DNA of 41,418 bases from a virus (IMGVR_UViG_3300048516_000008:1-41418); one strand, 5' to 3'. Positions 20,079 through 29,941 are shown, numbered from the stretch's first letter. Made by a program: numbers and translations. The notes: generated from the letters alone by a model not told the origin.

Positions 20079-20444
20079 CTATTTGCGATCGCAACTCAAG
20101 AAAACATTATCCGCAGGCAGTAGATCGTCCGGTAAGTCTGCACCGATTATTAAGTTGACCGTGCTGGTATTGTTGCAGAAGATTTTGACATCGAATAGTT
20201 CGCTATTTTCAGCAACAAAAGCAGATTTCAGGGTAATATCCCCTGATTTAATAGCTTGCAGGCGATCGCCCGTTACGGCAAGATATAGCCACCGATGAAA
20301 CAGGCAATTCTCATCAATAGAAAGAGCGAGAAACAAATCGCCGACCGTATTGTGGCAAGAAAAAAAGCATGGGCGATCGTAATAATCATAAACCTCGGAA
20401 ATCTCCAAAGTTCCTAAAGAAGTGTCAACAGGCAGAAATAGCAT
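20079..20444 (-). CDS. Hypothetical protein (DUF6575-like)
   Basis: EVYDYYDRPCFFSC..LFLAL..WLYLAVT..RL..IKSG.I.L..AF pattern recalled for this family; own promoter at ~20470-20520. Confidence 0.5.
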   Translation of the reverse strand: MLFLPVDTSLGTLEISEVYDYYDRPCFFSCHNTVGDLFLALSIDENCLFHRWLYLAVTGDRLQAIKSGDITLKSAFVAENSELFDVKIFCNNTSTVNLIIGADLPDDLLPADNVFLSCDRK

Positions 20445-20615
20445 TTGATTGCCTCAAGTTTCAATGATATTCATATTATATCATAACAAAAGGGAGGATC
20501 AGGAAAATCAGGAAAATAAATCCGTCTTGAAAAACGGGGCGAACGCGCTACAACCCGCCTCTCTATGCTAAATTGTTAAAGGTTAATGAGATTCCCAACA
20601 CTGGGATTTTGCGAT

Positions 20616-21698
20616 ATGAACATGAACTATCGGGACGTGTCCGGGGCGATCGCGGGGATCGATAATGAAGGGATAAAAACGCTAGAATTTAGCTTTGCTA
20701 GCAACACCCCCCATCGCCGTATGGACTGGGAAAGTTGGGAAGTGATAGACGAGGTTTTAGATTGTCGGGAAGAAGCAATTAAGGGCGATCGGCTTAATTC
20801 TGGTTTAATTCAGTTTTTGTGGAATCACGATCCGGATCAGGTTCGAGGCGTTATTAGTTCGATAAAATGGGATGGCAATCGAGGTTTAGCTGTGGCTAAG
20901 ATGTCGCGATCACCCGCTACAGAGGAATTATATCAAAACGTCGCAGACGGCATTCTGAGGGGGATCAGTGTAGGATACAGAGTCCACAAATACGAAGTTT
21001 TAAGTAATGCAGTGTGGGAAGGCGACAAATGGGATTCTAAATTAGTCAGTCCAAAAAAAGTAAAAGCGATCGAATGGGAAATTTTCGAGATCAGTGCAGT
21101 TTCTATTCCGGCGGATGCTACAGTAGGAATAGGGCGCGCCGATCGCGGCTTTCCTGATAATTTGCAGCAAGTTATCAAAACAGTCGGAGTACAAAAAGTT
21201 AAGGACGCTTTAAGAAAAATGACAGAAAAGTTAGACGATATTAAGAGAGATCCGGCATACTTGGATCTAGATGATAAGTATAGAACCTCACAAGCTGAAC
21301 TAATCATCCAGAAGGCTGAGAATGAGAGCTTGAGAGCGCAAGTGCTAGCCTTGCAAGCGTCAGCATCAAAATATCAGAAAGATGCTGAGATTAGCCAAAA
21401 ATACGTTAGTCTGAGATCGACGGCTGAAGCTTTAGTTGCTGAAACTAAAATGTCGAGTCATGAATTTGACGAGCTATTCGCTCGATCGCTTGCGGACTTT
21501 CTGGTAACACCGGATGCTACGGCAGAATTAAGAGCGATCGAGATTGTAGTCGGTATGGCTAAAAAGCGATCGGCTACACTGAACAAAAAAAGCTCAGGAA
21601 TACCCCCAGAACTCCCAGATGACGAGATCGCAGCAAAGGGCGATCTAGCTGACACTAAAGCAGCAATTCTCAGTTACGAAAACGCTTGGAAACAATAA
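20616..21698 (+). CDS. HK97-type prohead protease fused to coiled-coil scaffold
   Basis: FLWNHD, GILRGISVGY, WEIFEISAVSIPAD..VG; helical C-terminus. Start at 20616 or 20622. Confidence 0.9.
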   Translation: MNMNYRDVSGAIAGIDNEGIKTLEFSFASNTPHRRMDWESWEVIDEVLDCREEAIKGDRLNSGLIQFLWNHDPDQVRGVISSIKWDGNRGLAVAKMSRSPATEELYQNVADGILRGISVGYRVHKYEVLSNAVWEGDKWDSKLVSPKKVKAIEWEIFEISAVSIPADATVGIGRADRGFPDNLQQVIKTVGVQKVKDALRKMTEKLDDIKRDPAYLDLDDKYRTSQAELIIQKAENESLRAQVLALQASASKYQKDAEISQKYVSLRSTAEALVAETKMSSHEFDELFARSLADFLVTPDATAELRAIEIVVGMAKKRSATLNKKSSGIPPELPDDEIAAKGDLADTKAAILSYENAWKQ

Positions 21699-21716
21699 AA
21701 ACAGGAGGATTTTTCA

Positions 21717-22175
21717 ATGCCTGAGTTATTCAACAAAATTGTCGCGGGTGAGTTGGCAATGTCAGGGCAAGAGGACAGCGCACGGACTGCTTACAACGCA
21801 GAGGCTGTCGCAGCGATTAGGCCAGGTTCCTTTGTGGCGATCGCCACGGCTTTAGAAGGCAATCTAGAGCGCCGTGGTGTGATTTTACCAGTCGGTGCTA
21901 ATTCTATTATTGTGGGAGCTTGTAAGCGCTGGTATTTGAAGGATGAGCACCCGCCCAAGGATCAGGTCGCGTATTATTTCCGTGGTGTAATAGGAGTGCT
22001 AGTTGTAGCAGCCGTAAAATCTGGAGACCCAGTATTTACCATATTTACCCCTGGTTTGACACAAGGTCGGGCAACAAATGTAGCAGGCGCTAATGCTGTA
22101 TTAGTCCCTAACGCTCGATTCTTATCTACGATTGGCGCGGGTGAAGTGGCAATCTGTTCGCTTAACTTGCCTTAA
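21717..22175 (+). CDS. Head decoration/cement protein
   Basis: Lies between protease and capsid; AGGAGG RBS; RGVIGV..VKSGDPVF..NARF. Confidence 0.7.
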   Translation: MPELFNKIVAGELAMSGQEDSARTAYNAEAVAAIRPGSFVAIATALEGNLERRGVILPVGANSIIVGACKRWYLKDEHPPKDQVAYYFRGVIGVLVVAAVKSGDPVFTIFTPGLTQGRATNVAGANAVLVPNARFLSTIGAGEVAICSLNLP

Positions 22176-22236
22176 TTTCTAATAGTTGAAAGCTCCATTA
22201 TTAATCCCAACAATGGGAATTTAGAGAGGTTAAAAA

Positions 22237-23202
22237 ATGCCAGTTTCTGCTTTGTGGCAATACATATCGGAAGGATTAGAAATTCGGAATAACTACCGAT
22301 TCCCTCAATATCCTTTTGAGAATGGAACACTGATCCCTACTACGGGCGACCTACCGCCTGGGAAAGATGAGGTCGGTGCAATCTTTATGGGCGGTAATTT
22401 AGGGGAGGAAGCGATTTTGCTAGCGCCCGGCGCGGCTGACATCCCGTTAACCCCAGTGACTTTAAGCACAGATAATTATCCTGTTGTAATGGCAGCAAAA
22501 GGATATTCTGTAATGTGGCAAGAAGCTCGGACACAAGACGCGCTACAAATCAGGCAAATAGTAGAAAACCGGAAAATTGACATAGTTCGATCGGAGATAG
22601 CTAAGCGCTTAAACAGGTTCGCGGCGATCGGGGAACCTGTTCTAGGTTATACGGGGTTATATAATAACCCTAACGTTAGTCTTACCGTTTCCGCTTTTAA
22701 CCCGAATACTGCGACTTATGCTCAGTGGGTCGAATTTCTAATTGATACTATCTTGAGCGCCGGACTGAGTGCGGATGGCGAGACAGTTTTAGAGCCTGAC
22801 ACGATTTTATTATCTCCAAGGATGCGGGTGTTAGCATCGCGAATAATGAACCCTCAAAATGGCGATGTTTCAGCTTTAGACGCTGCGATCGAGCAACTGG
22901 GAACCTCGCCCGCGGGTAATTCTGCCAGTTTCATCCGGTCGCCCTTCAGTTCGAGTGATATTCTCGAAAAATATGCAGTCCGCCCTAACGTAATTAACCG
23001 CGATCGGATGGTTGTTTACACGAGAGATCCCGCGGTAGTCAGTCGCCGGATCGAGTCTACAGTTGCCCAGTTAGTCGATGAGCAATTTTTAGCCCCAACA
23101 CAAGGATTAACTAGAATCTTCCCGTTTTTCTCGTGTTCATCAGGCACAATGATTCACGATCCGGCTGGCATTAAATATATTGATGTTGTTGAAGCTGTTT
23201 AG
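22237..23202 (+). CDS. Major capsid protein (DUF2184-like HK97 fold)
   Basis: 321 aa; GAADIP, GYSVMWQE, GEPVLGYTGLYNNPNV, PDTILL, RMVVY, GTMIHDP. Confidence 0.85.
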   Translation: MPVSALWQYISEGLEIRNNYRFPQYPFENGTLIPTTGDLPPGKDEVGAIFMGGNLGEEAILLAPGAADIPLTPVTLSTDNYPVVMAAKGYSVMWQEARTQDALQIRQIVENRKIDIVRSEIAKRLNRFAAIGEPVLGYTGLYNNPNVSLTVSAFNPNTATYAQWVEFLIDTILSAGLSADGETVLEPDTILLSPRMRVLASRIMNPQNGDVSALDAAIEQLGTSPAGNSASFIRSPFSSSDILEKYAVRPNVINRDRMVVYTRDPAVVSRRIESTVAQLVDEQFLAPTQGLTRIFPFFSCSSGTMIHDPAGIKYIDVVEAV

Positions 23203-23254
23203 GTTTTGACAGGATTAATGCCTTGATTCAACTATTGACAATAACTCGAAAACT

Positions 23255-23641
23255 ATGCCACAAGTCGTAATATTCTACCCTGAGAGATGTCTACCAGCAA
23301 TGAAACCGGGTGTAGTTCTATCGTTTGATAAGATCGCGCTAGTCGCTGGTACGAACGCACTAGATGATACCAGAATTCAACAGTTACAAGAACACCCGGA
23401 TTATCAAAGATTTTCTAAGCTGAAGGCGATCGAGCTTGTACAGCAGTCAGAAACAATCGATCCGACGGCTAATACTGAAATTGTCGATCTTGGCTCTTAC
23501 GCAATAGAGGAATCGGCAACCGTCATTAATTCTACTGTGGATTTAATGACGCTTGACGCATGGTTAAAAGTAGAGCAAAGGAAATCAGTCAGAACGATGA
23601 TTGCAACTCGGATTAATCAGCTAAAACAGGGCTTAGCTTAG
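23255..23641 (+). CDS. Head-associated hypothetical protein
   Basis: Follows the capsid gene; C-terminal EQRKSVRTMIATRINQL helix. Confidence 0.6.
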   Translation: MPQVVIFYPERCLPAMKPGVVLSFDKIALVAGTNALDDTRIQQLQEHPDYQRFSKLKAIELVQQSETIDPTANTEIVDLGSYAIEESATVINSTVDLMTLDAWLKVEQRKSVRTMIATRINQLKQGLA

Positions 23642-23643
23642 AC

Positions 23644-24018
23644 TTAAAACGGGTGATTGAAAACCTCAGTCCGATCGCCCCCAAAAGTTCTAGTTCGGCT
23701 GAGTTCTGGAATCTCAATACCAGCGGCGATCGCTAACTGTTTTAAGAACTTTAACCAGCGATCGCATTGAGATCCGTTGCCGTTGCTGTAGCTTACCGAG
23801 TACCCCTCTGGTTTGACTTCAAAGCTTTTAACCTCTGAAGTGTGCCGATCGCCCGACGTGGTACAAAGCAGCCAGCCTAGATAGTATTCGGTCGCTAAAG
23901 GTCTGGAAGCTAAAGGGAATATTGATGCTTTAGCTGTCGCAACTGGTAGCCAATCAGAATAGATTAGCTCATTAAACTCAGCACCATATTTTAGGGTAAA
24001 TTGAGAGTATGATATCAT
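23644..24018 (-). CDS. Putative head-tail adaptor (DUF4054-like), inverted relative to neighbours
   Basis: SQFTLKYGAEF..ATEYYLGWLL..VKSFEV..GYSVSY..WLKFLKQL. Start moved to ATG 24018. Confidence 0.5.
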   Translation of the reverse strand: MISYSQFTLKYGAEFNELIYSDWLPVATAKASIFPLASRPLATEYYLGWLLCTTSGDRHTSEVKSFEVKPEGYSVSYSNGNGSQCDRWLKFLKQLAIAAGIEIPELSRTRTFGGDRTEVFNHPF

Positions 24019-24080
24019 TGAACCAATTGATAAAAAACACTCTCCCAAGTGTACCTTTTTTAAAATCCGATTACCAGTTG

Positions 24081-24428
24081 ATGCCGCTAACTTTCGAGAA
24101 ATCATTGGGCGGTGCTGTTAATATTTTTGGTAATCCTACAGGCTCTGAACTATTCCAGGTATTAGCTCATTTATACATCACCACTAGCCTAGAATCGTTT
24201 GCTAGCCCTAACAGTGGACAGCAAAACAGAGTTTATAAAGGTCACGCGCAACAGCCCAAAATATTACCTTTATGGATAGTTCCCGGTGTTGGTGGTAGTT
24301 GTTTATTGGGCGATCGGACTTATGATTTTATATTACTAAGTCTCGATCGCACTTCGCTACCTGCTTACTCTACTAACTTTGGGGAACGGCTAGAATTAAA
24401 CGTATTTTCTAATTCTAAAAGTTTATAG
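24081..24428 (+). CDS. Putative head closure/neck protein
   Basis: Beta-rich 115-aa protein in the neck position; start moved to ATG 24081. Confidence 0.45.
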   Translation: MPLTFEKSLGGAVNIFGNPTGSELFQVLAHLYITTSLESFASPNSGQQNRVYKGHAQQPKILPLWIVPGVGGSCLLGDRTYDFILLSLDRTSLPAYSTNFGERLELNVFSNSKSL

Positions 24429-24452
24429 CCTAGGCATTCTCAATGTTGGGAA

Positions 24453-24734
24453 TTAAGGCGCGATTCTGTATTTATTCCAGTTGAATTTATGCTGATACCG
24501 ATCCGTATCAAATAGGTGAGTCTCACCTCGGTATTTGATGCGATTTGCCGCTATCCATTGATACTCCCCGTTTGCGCTACAAACAAGCCTAAACTCGCTT
24601 GAATGCTCTACTATAGGTAAATGAATCTTTGCTACGACCCATCCCGGATGCCAATTTCTGCCGCAGTCACAGGTAAAAAAACAGTCTTTAGTCGGTCTTA
24701 TTAATCTAGGTTCAACACTTAACCATTTAGGCAT
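24453..24734 (-). CDS. Hypothetical protein
   Basis: 93-aa ORF whose TAA abuts a CTCA-N4-TGGG palindrome, as other real genes here do. Confidence 0.55.
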   Translation of the reverse strand: MPKWLSVEPRLIRPTKDCFFTCDCGRNWHPGWVVAKIHLPIVEHSSEFRLVCSANGEYQWIAANRIKYRGETHLFDTDRYQHKFNWNKYRIAP

Positions 24735-24764
24735 AATTTGTTAGGAAACAACTAAATTAACTCA

Positions 24765-25508
24765 ATGCTAGCAATAATTCCCATTTTAATAAAGGTAACG
24801 GCGGGCGCTTTAACAAAGGGATCGGCTAAGGCGATCGCAAAATGGGCGGGCGGCAGTATTGCTAAAAAATATATTGCAACAAAGGTAGCTGAAAAGGCGA
24901 TTCATGAAGCAAAAAAGATGGCTTCGGGTGAGTCTAAAGACTGGCAAGCAGCATTTAAAGAAAGTCCTGCAAATGCCCTTAGAGACGCTGCTAAAGATTT
25001 TGTGAAAGCTGAAGTCGAAAATGCGTTAATTAATGAAGATTTAATCCAGTATTATAACGACAGATTGATAAACAATACAGGCGATGCTGTTCAGAGGGAA
25101 AGTAGAAATCTGATTGCTGATCCCAATAACTATATACTGAAAATAGACCCGGAAAAGATTATCGATCGCACTACCAGCGATATTATCAGCAGAGGCTTAG
25201 AATGGCATCAGAACAGATCGGTGATAGGTGGCAGTTCGCAGCTACTCGATCGCAATGTGATAGGCGGTAGCAGTCCGATCGCATCAAGGCAGATTTTAGA
25301 GGAAGTTAATCAAATCGAAAGTGTCGATCGCATTACTACCTCAGACCTACTTGAAAGCGCCGGGAAAACGGCGTTTTATGACTCGTTTGATGAGCGCAAC
25401 CTCACATATACCGTAATCGGTACTGATGACGCTTTAGCGGGGCGTGTACGCAGTCCTTTAGAGGCTCTAATGCAGACTACTTTTGATATAAACGAGCCTG
25501 TTAGTTGA
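24765..25508 (+). CDS. Hypothetical protein (neck region)
   Basis: 247-aa ORF with an internal duplicated NRSVIGGSS/DRNVIGGSS. Confidence 0.55.
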   Translation: MLAIIPILIKVTAGALTKGSAKAIAKWAGGSIAKKYIATKVAEKAIHEAKKMASGESKDWQAAFKESPANALRDAAKDFVKAEVENALINEDLIQYYNDRLINNTGDAVQRESRNLIADPNNYILKIDPEKIIDRTTSDIISRGLEWHQNRSVIGGSSQLLDRNVIGGSSPIASRQILEEVNQIESVDRITTSDLLESAGKTAFYDSFDERNLTYTVIGTDDALAGRVRSPLEALMQTTFDINEPVS

Positions 25509-25528
25509 AGGGGCGATCGGGCGGGTTC

Positions 25529-26010
25529 TTTCACTACCGTTAGCCCCGTTCCTAGAAAGGCTTTCAGCTATTTGGATACGATTTTTCCCCTTCCGATGTT
25601 TTCTAGGTTTATATTCCCAGTGGCGAACCCAGAACCCGCTCCTAGTATAGCTTTGATACCTCTTGTGGCGTGAATCGTGGCGAACCCAAAAACCCGCGCG
25701 GGGCGGGTTGGGTGCAGGGCGATCGGCTCATCGTGAGTTTTACCAGCCTGGTTAAGCCAGAACCCGCTCCTAGCATGGCTTTGATGTCTCTCGTGACGTG
25801 ATTCGTGGTTAAGCCAAAAACCCGCGCGGGGCGGGTTAGTTGAAGGGGCGATCGGGCGGTTTGCGCTTTTTGGTGGGACGGGGAAGCTATACCCAGTAAG
25901 GTTTTTGGCTGTTTTGGCAAGTGTTTTGGTGGGACTGACTTGGGATGTCTTGGAACCCTTAGCGAGTAACCGTTTCGAGTCACAAGCCGCAGTATTTGGG
26001 ATGTCTTGAG
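25529..26010. repeat. Non-coding array of five 56-57-bp-period motif units
   Basis: Unit A is 47/53 identical to 26643-26695. Direct-repeat pairs: GTGGCGAACCC 25620/25677, TGGTTAAGCCA 25749/25806, TTTTGGTGGGAC 25868/25924, TTGGGATGTCTTG 25940/25996. Confidence 0.85.
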
Positions 26011-26079
26011 TTAACCAGTTGATACCGATCGCCCGATCGCCCGCAAAGATTAATCCCAGTGTTGGGAACCTACCCAAAC

Positions 26080-26101
26080 AAAAACCCGCACGGGGCGGGT
26101 T
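26080..26101 (-). terminator. Terminator hairpin AACCCGC-loop-GCGGGTT with U-tract on the minus strand (copies ~25688-25709 and 25816-25837)
   Basis: Located just downstream of the 26128 stop. Confidence 0.7.
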
Positions 26102-26127
26102 AGGTGCAGGGCGATCGGGCGGGCTAT

Positions 26128-26847
26128 TTATTTGGGTGTATTTTGTACCCGAATAATTCCTAAAGCAGCTTCATGCGTCACGTTTGCCGTTCTTAGTACG
26201 TCATAACAAGCCTCAGCACGGTTCAGCCTTTGAAGTAGCTCCCAGTCTGCCTGTTTGTATTCGTCTAAATAAGTCAGGGGAACATTTGCAGCCTTCTTTA
26301 ACTTGTTGACCTCGACACCCCACAAGACCGCGCTACAATCACCCCCAGCGTCTTGTTTTAGCCATTTAGTAAATAGCTCGTGAAACTGTTTTTTGTGCGC
26401 TAGCTTCTCTGCTAGGTATTGCTGACGCTCTTCTAGGGTTAATTCGATCCCTAATTGTTCATAGGCGATCGAGCGGATCGAATCTCCAAAACCCGCAGCT
26501 AATATTTGGGCAACTCCTATATTTTGGTTGACCGAGGATTCCCATGTGGCGATCGCTAGAAAATCTTCTAGCAGCATTAGTGCGACTTTTGCTGTAGCAC
26601 CAATCAATTTCGGCTTATTGACAATGGTTCCGGTAAATTTTCCTACCGTTCGCCCCGCTCCTAGAAAGACTTTCAGAGATTTGGATGCGATTTTTTTCCT
26701 TACGTTATTAGGCTCGTAATTGAGAATGACTTCGGCTGTGGGGTAAGTCAGGTATAAGTCCTTTGGAGAATTGACATCGATCGCGACTTCCAGATTTTCC
26801 CATCCGCTGTACTTGACGGTTTCTAATCGAACTGTTATATTAGGCAT
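26128..26847 (-). CDS. Antirepressor-like DNA-binding protein (cyanobacterial SKSLKxxLG type)
   Basis: NNVRKKIASKSLKVFLGAG motif; shares its promoter and leader with the KilA-N gene. Family assignment is an inference. Confidence 0.6.
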   Translation of the reverse strand: MPNITVRLETVKYSGWENLEVAIDVNSPKDLYLTYPTAEVILNYEPNNVRKKIASKSLKVFLGAGRTVGKFTGTIVNKPKLIGATAKVALMLLEDFLAIATWESSVNQNIGVAQILAAGFGDSIRSIAYEQLGIELTLEERQQYLAEKLAHKKQFHELFTKWLKQDAGGDCSAVLWGVEVNKLKKAANVPLTYLDEYKQADWELLQRLNRAEACYDVLRTANVTHEAALGIIRVQNTPK

Positions 26848-26956
26848 TAGTTGACCTGTAGTTGGGTTAGCTCATGCACCGGAAGTTTGCGCTTCGCGGT
26901 GTTTCCTATCTTATAGCACGTTTTTTCGGAATATCAGGAAATCTCAGAAATCTTTT
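26845..26956 (-). promoter_or_regulatory. Conserved promoter + structured leader (copy 3)
   Basis: TGCTATAAG, gcaccggaag..cttcgcggtg hairpin, ggtcaactaATG. Confidence 0.75.
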
Positions 26957-27338
26957 AGCGCGATCGCCCGATCGCCTTTTAACCCGCATTGCAGAGTTGT
27001 GAATCCCGCTCCTAGTATAGCTTCTAAGCATTTAGATAGCTGCTTTTGCATAGTTGTGAATCCCGATCGCCCGATCGCCCGATCGCGCGCTTCAAACCTC
27101 AGCCACCGACCCGTTTTGATATTGGGGCAAAAGGCATACGGTGTATAGGTTTGAGTGTGTCACAGAAGGGTATATATTATAAAATATATCGTTTGTCCTA
27201 TGACTTTTATCCCCATTCTGTGACGGCGGGTGACGGGCGATCGCCCGCAATAAAAAACCGCCGGATCAGCGGCGGCGGTATTCCTTTAGTCCAGTTCCTA
27301 AACCCTTGGGATCTTACGTCTCCGAGTTTACACTTATA

Positions 27339-27587
27339 TCATATCCTAATCTGCCAATAGTTTACAACTCTTTCTTTATTTACGAACTGGCTATCCACTA
27401 AAATTATGGTAACTCCGGTCTGAAGCATTCCCCGACCATAGATTCGTTTGTCAGCATAGCAATTACTGAGCACCGACCGATCGCATTCTGTAGTTTCGGG
27501 TGTGAAGCCAGCGCTTCTTAAGAAGTCCTCAAATTGGGTGATTTCTCCATGCCTCACGGCTATTTTTCCGATCGCGGAATCTGTCAT
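27339..27587 (-). CDS. Hypothetical protein
   Basis: 82-aa ORF followed by a GC hairpin plus U-tract (~27252-27281). Confidence 0.5.
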   Translation of the reverse strand: MTDSAIGKIAVRHGEITQFEDFLRSAGFTPETTECDRSVLSNCYADKRIYGRGMLQTGVTIILVDSQFVNKERVVNYWQIRI

Positions 27588-27682
27588 TTTTTAAAATTCT
27601 CAGTGTTGGGAATAGATAATTAATCTTCAAAACGTGTTAGAGTTTGAGGGTAAACACGATTGTGTTGTAGTTAAGCTCAGAG

Positions 27683-28186
27683 GTGGCATTGTCCGCCTCT
27701 TTCTCTATTATGTTTGATTCTGAGCAAATCAGGACGGAAATATCAGCAGCTTTAGCACCCGTGCGCGCTACGCTTGCGCCTAACGTATTGCTGAGAATAC
27801 ACCCTAACAAAGTGCAAGAGCTAGCGATCGCAGATAACGCTGGCGACATTTTGATCCTATTTCCGAGTGAGAGGACGATCGAGAACGATCGCACGTTTTC
27901 GGCTAATTTCCAGACGCGAATCCAGAAAGTATTAATAGTAATAAGCTTGCCAGAATACTATCAATCAACGGGGGCGGGGAAAGTAGCGGAAAGAGTAGAA
28001 TCGGCACTTGAAAACCTAAAAGTCACAAGCGCTTTATTTGATTTAACTTTTGATACCCGCCGCGAATATTTCCAACAAAAAAGATGGGTGCTAGAGCAAA
28101 GTTTTGATATAGTGGGAAGACAGCGAATTAATGAAATAGCAGGAACCAGTCCAGGAATATCAACAATGAGGATTGACATTTTATGA
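27683..28186 (+). CDS. Putative tail completion/terminator protein
   Basis: Overlaps the sheath start (ATGA); size and position fit. True start may be ATG 27710. Confidence 0.6.
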   Translation: MALSASFSIMFDSEQIRTEISAALAPVRATLAPNVLLRIHPNKVQELAIADNAGDILILFPSERTIENDRTFSANFQTRIQKVLIVISLPEYYQSTGAGKVAERVESALENLKVTSALFDLTFDTRREYFQQKRWVLEQSFDIVGRQRINEIAGTSPGISTMRIDIL

Positions 28187-29400
28187 CTAGCATTTTAATA
28201 GAGCAGGGAGTCAGGCTACCGAGATCCCCCTGGGATGTGATTGCGGTAGTTGGGAACGCTGCAAAGGGTGACGGCAACCCTACATTAATCACCTCTTTAA
28301 CCAGCGCTATCGCGAAGTATGGGGAGCGTTTATCATTATCTACCGCGTCGGGTAAAGGGCGCGAATCTTACGGTTTAGTTGATGCGATCGAGACGATTTT
28401 CAAATATGTCCAAGTACCTATTATCGCAGTCAATAGCACGCCGTCGGTTGCAGTTGCAGCGGTAGCAGCTAAAAGCTACACATTTAATGCCTCTGGCATA
28501 ATCAAGTTAGAACACCCTAACGTAGTAGCACCTATCATCGTAACGAACGTGGCAGCCGATATAACATACATATCCCCTACACATTACACGATCGCCCCGC
28601 TTACAGGGCTAATAACCCGCACGGCTGCAAGTACAATCCCGGCGCTTGGTACTGTTCGCGTCACCTACTCAGTCGCAAATTATGACACGATCAACTTAAT
28701 AAGTGCGATCGGGATTGTTGCAGCCGTTAACGGGCGCGTACCTACCCTGATTGTGACCACTGGTGTTGAAATCACCGCAGAGATTGCCACTGCTTTGAAT
28801 CAGAAGGCGATCGCCTTAAGCGCGATCGCGGTGTACACTCAGCCGGGCGTAAGTGCTACTGCCGCGATCCCATTACTCAATTCTGCTAACGCCGCTGCGG
28901 TATTCCCTATCCGCACTAGCGATCGCGGGGTTGAGGGTGCGGGTGTTCATTTGGTCGCAGCCGTGGCACTGTTAGACTATTGGGACAACCCTGATGGAAA
29001 ACTACTAAAAGAGTCCGCTGTTGCCCTAACTCTTGCAGACTCAGCACTATTACAGGCTAAAGGCGTAACGTGGGGAAGTGATCGAATCATGACCTCTATT
29101 ATGACAAATGGCTTGCCGTTTAATATGGCTAGACTGAGGGCAAAAGCTCAATTCTTGGCTAACAAAGTCGCTTTTGACTGGAGACTAAAACCATTTGATT
29201 TAGTACATTTAGAGGCTATTGCTCAAGCTATTCGCGACGCTTTGAATCGTGAACCTGAAGCCTCGCTGCTACCTTATAGTGTAGTCAATTTCAGCAGCGA
29301 AAAGTCGGATACAGCCGTTCGCCGTCTGGTTTATGATGTTCTCTTGAAAGGTGATAATCAGGGCGATCGCATTGCAGAAATAACAATCTTTGTGAGTTAG
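28183..29400 (+). CDS. Contractile tail sheath protein
   Basis: IEQGVR..VIAVVGNA..P.LITS..A...YG, YWDNPDGK, RIAEITI; precedes a tube-sized ORF. Confidence 0.8.
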   Translation: MTSILIEQGVRLPRSPWDVIAVVGNAAKGDGNPTLITSLTSAIAKYGERLSLSTASGKGRESYGLVDAIETIFKYVQVPIIAVNSTPSVAVAAVAAKSYTFNASGIIKLEHPNVVAPIIVTNVAADITYISPTHYTIAPLTGLITRTAASTIPALGTVRVTYSVANYDTINLISAIGIVAAVNGRVPTLIVTTGVEITAEIATALNQKAIALSAIAVYTQPGVSATAAIPLLNSANAAAVFPIRTSDRGVEGAGVHLVAAVALLDYWDNPDGKLLKESAVALTLADSALLQAKGVTWGSDRIMTSIMTNGLPFNMARLRAKAQFLANKVAFDWRLKPFDLVHLEAIAQAIRDALNREPEASLLPYSVVNFSSEKSDTAVRRLVYDVLLKGDNQGDRIAEITIFVS

Positions 29401-29404
29401 AAAT

Positions 29405-29881
29405 ATGCTAAAAGTTGCGTTTGTTGATGTTGACGGGGTAATACTGGTTAACGGTGAGGTCAAGACAATTGACTTGCCAGAATTTACCAGGAATTATGAT
29501 ACTGATATGGTAGTCGGGACTGACTTTACAAAACCAGAGGCGCGATCAATTCAGGCGGCCGAATTAACCATGTCATTAAAGGATCACAAGAGGAATCCTA
29601 CTTTTTTAAAGTTTGTTGAAAAGGCCTTTAATACGAAGTTAATCGTAACTTTAATGGTCTTGAATGTCGATATGACATCGCCTACTGTAGCGACTAGCGA
29701 TGGCGAGTTTTACTCAGGTTACGTTAGCAGACCAGGGCGTACTGTCAGCCCAGATAAAGCTGATGACGGTACTATTAAATTACAAGTGAGCGACGCTTGG
29801 CGAACAGAGAATGGGGTTGTGGTTTGGAGACTTCCGACAGGTTCCTCAGACACAATAGGAGTCGAATTAGTCTATGGTTAA
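29405..29881 (+). CDS. Tail tube protein
   Basis: 158 aa directly after the sheath; GEVKTIDLPEF, beta-rich. Confidence 0.7.
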   Translation: MLKVAFVDVDGVILVNGEVKTIDLPEFTRNYDTDMVVGTDFTKPEARSIQAAELTMSLKDHKRNPTFLKFVEKAFNTKLIVTLMVLNVDMTSPTVATSDGEFYSGYVSRPGRTVSPDKADDGTIKLQVSDAWRTENGVVVWRLPTGSSDTIGVELVYG

Positions 29882-29915
29882 TCCCCGCTATTCCCAGTGT
29901 TGGGAATAGTAAAAC

Positions 29916-29941
29916 AAAACCCGATCGCGCGATCGGGTTTT
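29916..29941. terminator. Bidirectional terminator built from HIP1-like sequence
   Basis: AAAACCCGATCG-CG-CGATCGGGTTTT between converging genes. Confidence 0.75.

Noticed and set aside
25568-26077. ORFs 25568-26077 and 25642-25983 as real genes
   Set aside because: They run through terminator hairpins and motif units in shifting frames, so they are better explained as the non-coding array.
27046-27360. ORFs over the origin-like elements (27046-27360, 36561-36749, 19617-19802)
   Set aside because: They are built from HIP1 runs and the repeated element, and frames are not conserved among copies.
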